This document shows, one piece after another, positions 1-7,500 of a DNA stretch of 25,480 bases. The stretch comes from a virus. Taxonomy: Duplodnaviria; Caudoviricetes. The position numbers and the translations under genes were made by a program. The notes under the pieces are model-generated. The model ran no database searches. It was not told the DNA's origin and saw only the letters and a program-made list of their open reading frames with translations. The DNA lies in IMG/VR virus record IMGVR_UViG_3300025168_000599, positions 1-25,480 of that record. One strand, written 5' to 3'. The number at the start of each line of letters is the position of its first letter. Position 1 is the first letter of the stretch.

Positions 1-2
1 CA

Positions 3-1199
3 ACAGAACTAAATATAATAGATGGTGGTACTTCTGCTACATCAACTACAGTGGCAGATGCAGACCGTGTTGTTATGAATGATAATGGCACTATGGTTCA
101 AGTAGCTGTAACAGACCTTGCTGCATATTTTGACGATGAAATAACTGCAATGCCTAACCTTGTAACTACAGGAGCATTAAATTCAGGTAGTATTACATCT
201 GGGTTTGGTACTATTGATACAGGCTCTTCTGCTATTACTACTACAGGTCTTATTTCTGGTGGTTCATTAGACATTGACAACGTACTTATTAATGGTACAA
301 CTATTGGTCACACAGATGATACAGACCTTATTACATTAGCTGATGGTGCATTAACTGTAGCAGGAACACTAGCCGCAACAACAGGAACTTTTAGTGGTGT
401 ATTAAAAACTGATGATGCAACAGAAGCTACTAGTACAACAGATGGCTCTTTACAAACAGACGGTGGCTTATCTGTTGTAAAAGATGCTGTATTTGGTGAC
501 GATGTAAAATTATTATCTGATGCATCTGTAATATCTTTTGGTGCAAATAGTGAAGTTACCTTAACGCATGTTCACGATGCTGGACTAGCATTAAAACATA
601 CTGCTACTGCAGATGACAAGCCTATTGTTCTTACCTTGCAAACAGGTGAGACTGACATGGCAGCTAATGATGTTATTGGTAAACTTGCTTTCCAAGCACC
701 AGATGAAGGTACAGGAACAGACGCTATACTTGTAGCTGCTGCTGTACAAGCTGTTGCTGAAGGTGACTTTAGTTCTTCTAATAATGCTACACGTTTAGAG
801 TTTCACACAGGTGCAAGTGAAGCTGCTGCAGTAAAAATGACATTAAACTCTACTGGTTCTGTTAAACCAGTAACATACCAAGAAACTTATGCATCTATTA
901 GTGCTGCAAGTACAGTTGATTGTGATCTATTGACAGCTAATCATTTTGCTGTTACACTGGATCAAAACACTACGTTTACATTTAGTAATCCACCTGCTAG
1001 TGGCACTTCATTTGCATTTACTCTTATAGTAACTCAACATAGTACTGCTGTTACATTAACTTGGCCTAATACAGTTGATTGGGCTGGTGGTAGCGCACCT
1101 GACGCTGCAGGTAATAATGAAGTACAAGCGTATGGATTTATAACTAGAGATGGTGGAACAACTTACTATGGTTTCTTAGGAGGAACAGCTATTGGCTAG
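3..1199 (+). CDS. Tail fibre / receptor-binding-like structural protein, 5'-truncated
   Basis: The frame is open from position 3 (TELNIIDGGTSATSTTVADADRVV...), so the GTG at 51 is not the true start. It has a T/G/D/A-rich low-complexity body and a C-terminal domain (FTFSNPPASG...FTLIVTQ...LTWPNTVDWAGGSAP...FITRDGGTTYYG) typical of marine phage fibre C-termini. It lies upstream of a fibre chaperone. Confidence 0.75.
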   Translation, partial: TELNIIDGGTSATSTTVADADRVVMNDNGTMVQVAVTDLAAYFDDEITAMPNLVTTGALNSGSITSGFGTIDTGSSAITTTGLISGGSLDIDNVLINGTTIGHTDDTDLITLADGALTVAGTLAATTGTFSGVLKTDDATEATSTTDGSLQTDGGLSVVKDAVFGDDVKLLSDASVISFGANSEVTLTHVHDAGLALKHTATADDKPIVLTLQTGETDMAANDVIGKLAFQAPDEGTGTDAILVAAAVQAVAEGDFSSSNNATRLEFHTGASEAAAVKMTLNSTGSVKPVTYQETYASISAASTVDCDLLTANHFAVTLDQNTTFTFSNPPASGTSFAFTLIVTQHSTAVTLTWPNTVDWAGGSAPDAAGNNEVQAYGFITRDGGTTYYGFLGGTAIG

Positions 1200-2043
1200 T
1201 CACGGTAGTTCATTTCAAAAAACATTTATGGGTGCTTCTAGCGCTGTCGCACAGGATCTTGACTATCTTGTGGTCGCTGGCGGCGGTGGCGGCGGTGGCG
1301 GGTATTATGGCGCCGGCGGTGGTGCTGGTGGTATGCTCACTGGAACGCTAACGGCATTCTCAGGTTCCATAACTGTCACGGTCGGCGGCGGCGGCGCTGG
1401 AGGACATCATTATTCTAATTCATCACCATATCAGGGAGGTGATGGAACAAATTCATCACTATCAGGTGGGGCTTCTCTTGAGCCAACAGGCGGTGGCGGT
1501 GGCGGCGGTTTTGCAACTGGGCATCAAGACGGCAGGGACGGTGGTAGCGGTGGCGGCGCTGGTTATGTGGCTAATGCTACTGTTGGTTCTGGGATTTCTG
1601 GTCAGGGAAATGACGGCGGTACTAGCAACGGCAGCGCATCTGGAGGTGGTGGCGGCGCGGGTCAGGTGGGGGGTAATGCCTCAGCATCTGTAGGCGGTGA
1701 TGGCGGTGATGGCTCGCAGTCTTCAATCTCTGGAACCGCGACATATTATGCCGGTGGAGGTGGGGGTTCTGGATCTGGCACACCATCCAGCGGTGGTCAA
1801 GGCGGTGGCGGTGCTGGTTCTAATACCAGTCAACGTGACGGAAATTCCGGCACAGCAAATACTGGCGGCGGTGGTGGTGGTATGCGAAGTGGCTCTGGAG
1901 AGGTTGGCGGCTCTGGCGGCTCTGGTATTGTTATTTTTAGGTCACTTGCTCAAGCATCTTCAACAACTGGATCACCCACAGCAACTACAGATAGCAGTTA
2001 TTACATTTATAAATTCACTGGCTCTGGGAGCATAACCTACTGA
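1192..2043 (+). CDS. Glycine-rich tail-fibre-associated protein
   Basis: TTG start about 8 nt after AGGAGG, overlapping the upstream stop. Motifs DYLVVAGGGGGG...GAGGGAGG, YAGGGGG, ANTGGGGGG, GGSGIVI and YKFTGSGSI are characteristic of phage Gly-rich (polyglycine-II sandwich-like) fibre/adhesin domains. Confidence 0.75.
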   Translation: MASHGSSFQKTFMGASSAVAQDLDYLVVAGGGGGGGGYYGAGGGAGGMLTGTLTAFSGSITVTVGGGGAGGHHYSNSSPYQGGDGTNSSLSGGASLEPTGGGGGGGFATGHQDGRDGGSGGGAGYVANATVGSGISGQGNDGGTSNGSASGGGGGAGQVGGNASASVGGDGGDGSQSSISGTATYYAGGGGGSGSGTPSSGGQGGGGAGSNTSQRDGNSGTANTGGGGGGMRSGSGEVGGSGGSGIVIFRSLAQASSTTGSPTATTDSSYYIYKFTGSGSITY

Positions 2044-2840
2044 TGTCTGTCTTTGATAATCAAATTGTCTTGCTGGCTGGTTTGCCTCGCACGGGTTCAA
2101 CGCTTCTGACTAATATATTGGTGCAAAACCCAAACTTTCATGTTGAGGGGAACTCTGGCCTCTGTCAAATAATGTGGGATGCAAAAGTTTCTTGCGAGGT
2201 CAGCGCCCTTGAGCAACTTGTCGCGTCTGGCAGAAAAGATAAAATACAGAGCGATGTTATCGGCAATATTGTGTCAAGTTACTACAATGAAGTTAAAGGC
2301 AAGACTATAATTGATAAGTGTAGGCCGTGGGTTAGCCAGCCAAACATTGAAATGGCGCGGAGCTATATCTCACACGATGTGAAGGCAATAGTTATGCTGC
2401 GCCCCGTTGATGAAATCGTTGCGTCTTATGCTAGGGTGCATTTTGCAAAGGGGGGGAATGAGGGCATTTATGACTGGCTTCTCGCTGATGACAATCATGT
2501 TCTTATGAACTCATACCATTCAGTCATGTACGCTATAGAAAGCGGAGCGAAAAATCATTTTTTCCTTACCTATGATGAACTCACAAGTCAGACGCAAAAA
2601 TTCACGCGCAGACTGTATGATTTTATTGGGCAAGATTATTTTGTGCATAACATTAGAAAGATTGAGCAAGTTATCACGGAGAACGATGAGGATAACAACA
2701 TGGTTGGGATGCACACAATACGTCCAAAATTATGTCAGGTAAAAAATAAAGTTCAGCTTCCTTCGCGTATAAAAGAAAAATGCGACATTTTAACTGATGC
2801 GTTGTTTGGAACTCTTAGTAGCTTTCGGGAGGCGATTTAA
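2043..2840 (+). CDS. PAPS-dependent sulfotransferase family protein
   Basis: 5'-PSB loop GLPRTGSTLL, the IIDK lysine, 3'-PB motif R-x7-S (RPVDEIVAS) and YDEL...FIG are all visible. Coupled to its neighbours by TGATG and TAATG overlaps. Confidence 0.85.
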   Translation: MSVFDNQIVLLAGLPRTGSTLLTNILVQNPNFHVEGNSGLCQIMWDAKVSCEVSALEQLVASGRKDKIQSDVIGNIVSSYYNEVKGKTIIDKCRPWVSQPNIEMARSYISHDVKAIVMLRPVDEIVASYARVHFAKGGNEGIYDWLLADDNHVLMNSYHSVMYAIESGAKNHFFLTYDELTSQTQKFTRRLYDFIGQDYFVHNIRKIEQVITENDEDNNMVGMHTIRPKLCQVKNKVQLPSRIKEKCDILTDALFGTLSSFREAI

Positions 2841-3079
2841 TGGCGCACTTTGCGGAATTGGACGAAAACAACACCGTCTTGAGAGTTGTTGTTGTTAGTA
2901 ACACTGAGCTAATTGACGATAACGGTGATGAACAGGAGTTGCTGGGAATTTCATTCTGTCAGAATTTGTTTGGCGGGATATGGAAGCAAACAAGCTACAC
3001 TGGGTCAGCGCAAGGAAGATACGCTGCGGTCGGCGGAGTTTACGATCCCATTTTAGGTGAATTTTTGCCACCTAGTTAA
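2840..3079 (+). CDS. Small conserved phage protein (MAHFAEL-type), usually next to Gly-rich fibre genes
   Basis: MAHFAELDENN.VLRVVVV...E..G..FC..LFGG.WKQTSY...YA.VG..YD pattern. GGAGG upstream and TAATG coupling. Confidence 0.65.
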   Translation: MAHFAELDENNTVLRVVVVSNTELIDDNGDEQELLGISFCQNLFGGIWKQTSYTGSAQGRYAAVGGVYDPILGEFLPPS

Positions 3080-3119
3080 TAAGTAGTTTACCGCAATCTG
3101 CGAGCAGAAAGGATATACA

Positions 3120-3578
3120 ATGTTCGTCAAAGTCACAAACGGTCAAGTTGATAGATTCCCTTATACAATAGGAGATTTGCGCCGTGAAAATCCTACAACA
3201 AGTTTTCCTAAACAGTTGTCTAATGCGATCCTTTCAGAGCATAACATTCATTCTGTGACTATAAGCGAAAGACCAACCTTTGACGGTAGAACTCAGAGGT
3301 TGACGCAGAATGAAATTCCGCAAAGCACTGATAGCGGGTGGGTTATTGGCTGGACTATTGTTGATAAAACTTCAGACCAAATTCAGGAATATGATGACAA
3401 GATTGCTAAGTCTGTTCGCAACCACCGCAACACGCTGCTGGCTGAAACAGATTACTTTGCGCTTACTGATGTCACGATGGATGCCGCTATGACAACTTAT
3501 CGTCAGGCGCTGCGCGATATCACGGCGCATGATAACTGGCCTAACTTAGAGTCAGGTGACTGGCCTACGAAGCCTTAA
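3120..3578 (+). CDS. Phage tail-fibre assembly chaperone
   Basis: C-terminal RN.LLAETDY...YRQALRDIT...WPTKP signature of tail assembly chaperones. AAAGGA RBS. Confidence 0.8.
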   Translation: MFVKVTNGQVDRFPYTIGDLRRENPTTSFPKQLSNAILSEHNIHSVTISERPTFDGRTQRLTQNEIPQSTDSGWVIGWTIVDKTSDQIQEYDDKIAKSVRNHRNTLLAETDYFALTDVTMDAAMTTYRQALRDITAHDNWPNLESGDWPTKP

Positions 3579-3582
3579 TGTA

Positions 3583-3837
3583 ATGGATATTAACTGGACA
3601 GTAGTAACAATAGTTGGTGCTTTATTGGCTCAAGGTGCAGCTATTGTCTGGTCAGTATCCAGCATGGTGTCAGACATTAAGTACAACAAGTCTACCATAT
3701 CAGAAGTACGTACAAACAATGCTAGACTAGCCAATGATATTCATGAAAATGACATAATGATAGCACGTATTGATGCCAATGTAGAAGCAATCAAGGAAGC
3801 ATTAAATGTGGTTACGACTAATCACGCAAAGAGATAG
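3583..3837 (+). CDS. Small membrane protein (N-terminal TM plus coiled coil), possibly lysis-related
   Basis: More plausible ATG at 3583, just after the chaperone stop. Hydrophobic WTVVTIVGALLAQGAAIVWSV followed by a heptad-like segment. Confidence 0.55.
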   Translation: MDINWTVVTIVGALLAQGAAIVWSVSSMVSDIKYNKSTISEVRTNNARLANDIHENDIMIARIDANVEAIKEALNVVTTNHAKR

Positions 3838-3841
3838 TTAA

Positions 3842-4321
3842 ATGATTGACCCCGTTACAGCTTTTGCTGCAGCTAATGCAGCCTTCAAAGGGGTCAAGAT
3901 GCTAGTAGGTGCTGGTAGAGAGATACAGGATGTATCACAGCAACTAGGTAAGTGGTACGGTGCAGTAGCTGATATTACTAGGGCTGAGTCACAACGTAAG
4001 AAACCTACATGGTTAGATAAAGCTACACAAGGCTCTGAGAATATAGAGCAACAGGCAATGGACATTATCGTTCGTAAAAAGACATTGCTTGAGAAAGAAA
4101 AAGAAATAAAGTTTATGTTAGACTACAGGTTTGGTCTTGGTACATACGATGAAATGTTAGGGATGCGTAGGCAAATACGTAAAGAACGAGAAGAGACTAT
4201 ATATAAAGCTATGGAAACTAAAAGACAGATACAGAATAACTTAGCTATATGTACCCTATCGTTTCTAATCATTAGTGTATTAGGTGGGGGTATATATCTG
4301 ATAGCACTAGGAATTGGTTAA
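3842..4321 (+). CDS. Conserved phage protein with C-terminal transmembrane segment
   Basis: MIDPVTAFAAA N-terminus, charged helical middle and C-terminal hydrophobic LAICTLSFLIISVLGGGIYLIALGIG. Confidence 0.6.
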   Translation: MIDPVTAFAAANAAFKGVKMLVGAGREIQDVSQQLGKWYGAVADITRAESQRKKPTWLDKATQGSENIEQQAMDIIVRKKTLLEKEKEIKFMLDYRFGLGTYDEMLGMRRQIRKEREETIYKAMETKRQIQNNLAICTLSFLIISVLGGGIYLIALGIG

Positions 4322-4587
4322 TGATTAATCTTGTTGTGTTACCCCTTGTATTAGCAGGGCTGTTAAGTAGACCTGAGTTTGTACAATGTCACTTAGCAAA
4401 AAGAGTTAAGATACAAAAAGAAATGGTTTGCATTTACCGTGGACCTAATGGTACAATAGGATATCACTACCCTATGTTTAAATTTAGTGAATGCCCTAAC
4501 ACATATATGTGCAGGTACACGCCTAACGCTAAGAAAAAAGTTAGTGTGCAAGACATACTAGACGGATTAAAAGAAGGTTTTGAATAA
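4321..4587 (+). CDS. Small exported Cys-containing protein
   Basis: Hydrophobic signal-like N-terminus and C-x13-C-x20-C-x5-C. TAATG overlaps on both sides. Confidence 0.55.
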   Translation: MINLVVLPLVLAGLLSRPEFVQCHLAKRVKIQKEMVCIYRGPNGTIGYHYPMFKFSECPNTYMCRYTPNAKKKVSVQDILDGLKEGFE

Positions 4588-7500
4588 TGGGTATGAAAAA
4601 AGAACACCAAGAATTGGTAGATAAGTATACTTTGGGTAATCCAAGGTTAAAGGCCCGTATTGAAGCAAGGGTTGCTAATCTTATGAAGTCTAAAGGTTTG
4701 TATCAAGGTGGTGTTATCAATGCTAATACAGGAGGTAGTGTTGGTGGTGGTACAGATGAAGAAAGCATTTACAATCCTTTTGGCGATGATGGTTCAGCTC
4801 AAGGTGCAGTAGATGCACAAAAAGAATATGACGACTATTTTAATTCTCTTAACTTAGTTGATTCAGGTATGCTTGTGGACGAAAACTCTGAACAAAAAGT
4901 AAAGGATGCTTTTGGTGTAGGTAATCCTTTGTATTTAACACCCCCCGTAATAGGGGGTAATATTTTAGATAACTTAATAGATTTAAGAAAAAATGCTACC
5001 ACTGCTAAAAGTAATGTAACTGAGTTAAGCACAATAAATCAAACACAAAAAGATTTAACGGATACTAGATCAGCAATACAAAATTTTGGGGAGGTTAAAT
5101 ATCCACCTGCTGAAGGTGAAGAAGATACAAGAACAGATGAAGAAATTGCTACCTTTAAATCTTTTCAAGACCTTCAAAAAAAAGAAACAGATCTGGTAGG
5201 TAAACTTGGAGTAGACGCACAAAATCTAGCTACATCTGGTGTACCTAGTGGTACTGAAGTTAGTGCAGCAATGGCTAGCGATCCAATGTCGTTCGTACCC
5301 GAACAAACTGTTGTTAAACTTGGGGATCAAAGTGCTGATGATTTAGAAAGTCAAACTGTAGACTCTGGTTTAGCTAAGTCAACTGACCTTAATATAACAA
5401 AACTTATAACAGATTCGGGAGTAGCAGGTGTATCTTGGAACGCAGCTAAAAAGAAATTTGTCACGTCTGAAAAAGAATACACTCCTGCTGAACTTGCGTC
5501 TGAAGCAGGGCTGGATCTTAATAAATATTATTCAGAAACTGATGCAGGTACTAGCAAAGCAATTAAAAGTAATGCAGTTGAAGTTCCCGGTGGAGAACCT
5601 TTAACCCCAGAACAGTATGCAAATATAGCACTTAATCTTTCACAAGGCATGGACGATTTAGGTAATCAAATACAAGAAGGTGCTGAGTATGATCCTCGCT
5701 TTGATGCTGATGGCGATGGTGTGATTACGGTTGAGGATTCAGCAGCAATTTTAAATGGTTCGTTTACAGTAAAACCTTTACCTAAAGATGGGGTAGCAAA
5801 GTACAAAGCTGTAACTACTGCAACTAGTGTTGATACTAAACTAGCAGGACTATCTGCACCAATAGGTCCAAGAAAACCAAAGCTTGATGCTGAAGGTAAT
5901 CCAGTATTGGATGCTGAAGGTAATCCAGTTATGGAAAGCAGTTTTGGACCAAGCAAATCAATTACAGCAGCAATAGGTCCAAGAAAACCAAAGCTTGATG
6001 CTGAAGGTAATCCAGTATTGGATGCTGAAGGTAATCCAGTTATGGAATTAACTACAGCGGTTGCAGGGCTTGATGCTGCAAAAATAACTGCTATTACAAC
6101 TGTTGCTAAAACAGCGGATATGGTTTTAACTGAAGCAGACAAAATGAAAGCAGCTAAACTTGCTGATGTGCTGCCCCCAATAAGACAACTTAATGAAAAA
6201 GGTGAGCCAGTTTTAGATGCAAATGGTAAACCAATTATGGTTCCAAACTATCCAAAAGCTATTGAGGTAGTAACAAACAAAACTTTTAATATTGAAGCTG
6301 CCTCATTTAAAACCCCAACCCCAGAAGCAACAGCCGCTACTGATTATGATCTTGATGAATCAAAGTATGCAACAAGAACCGTTGATGCACAAAAAGAATT
6401 AGCCACGGCTCAAGGTTTAGGATTATCCCCAGAACAGTCAAAAGAAGTGGTAAGTAATCATACAAGTGATCTGGAAGCAGCTAAAGGTAAAGTAGAAGAT
6501 GGAGAAACTATTGACCCTGAAGATACTTACAGCTTATCCGTACCAGAAACTTCAAGTATTACTCTACCTGAAACACCAGACCCAGCAATAGATAAAGATT
6601 TTCCTGATGCAAAAGGAGCTGAGACAGACTATCAAAGTAATATAGAAGGTGCTAAAGGCAAAGTAGGAGAAGAGGAACTTATTAATGCCGACAACATAGG
6701 TGTTAATAAAGAGCTTGTAAATAGTGCTGTATATACCACTGCTAAAATTATGGAAGAACTTAATGATAATGCAGTTTTACGTGCGCCAACTCTTGAGCAA
6801 ATAACCTTACAAGAGTCTATACAAGGGGTAGTTAAACCTAGTTCTACTGTTAGAGGACAGATGAATATCATCATGCAAGAGTTTAATGATGGTACACCGG
6901 CATGGGCAGCATCAGCAATGAGAGCTACAGCAGCACTTATGGCTTCAAGAGGTATGGGCGCATCCTCAATGGCAGCATCAGCTATGCTTCAAGCTTCATT
7001 AGAGTCTGCATTACCCATTGCTGAAAGGGATGCTAGAATTTTTAGCGAAATGGATATGTCTAACTTGACAGATGCTAGAGCTGTAGCTTTATCTAATGCT
7101 GCTGCGTTGCAAGGCCTTGAGTTACAAAACCTTTCCAATCAAAATAAAGCAGCTATACAAAATTCTACTAATGCATTCTCACTTCAAAGCGACAACTTAA
7201 GTAATATGAATGAGGTTGTTCTTGCAAATTTTACTGTTAAAGCTGCACTACAAAATAAATCTTTAGATTTAAATGCTCAAGTTGCTATAACAAATGCTTC
7301 AACATATGCTGATATGAAAGAGTTAAATTTAAGCAATGAGCAACAATCATTACTTCAACAGTCTGCTGAAAATTTACAGATTGAACTATCGGAATTAAAT
7401 AATGATCAACAATCTGCTATAGCATCTCTACAAGTTAAAGCAGCAATGATGGGTCAGAACCTTACTAATGAACAACAAATGGCTGTGCTTGAAGCTACTA

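Noticed and set aside
1439-2035. Alternative-frame ORFs 1439..1693 and 1697..2035 (V/A-rich)
   Set aside because: Shadow frames of Gly codon runs (GGC/GGT read as GCG/GTG), with no RBS or independent motif.
4940-4968. Hairpin ACCCCC-CGTAATA-GGGGGT followed by AATATTTT
   Set aside because: Short stem inside a coding region, explained by Pro-Pro/Gly-Gly codons, with a poor U-tract.
5176-5184. A8 run as a possible frameshift or slippage site
   Set aside because: A-runs are common in this AT-rich gene, and no long alternative-frame ORF follows in the ORF track.
5860-6047. Direct repeats as a possible CRISPR array or DGR template/variable pair
   Set aside because: Only two in-frame, identical copies with no adenine-specific mismatches. 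No cas or reverse transcriptase gene is present.
5666-6142. 158-aa antisense ORF with repeats
   Set aside because: Mirror of the repeat region in the + strand gene. Opposite to the arm's orientation, with no independent support.
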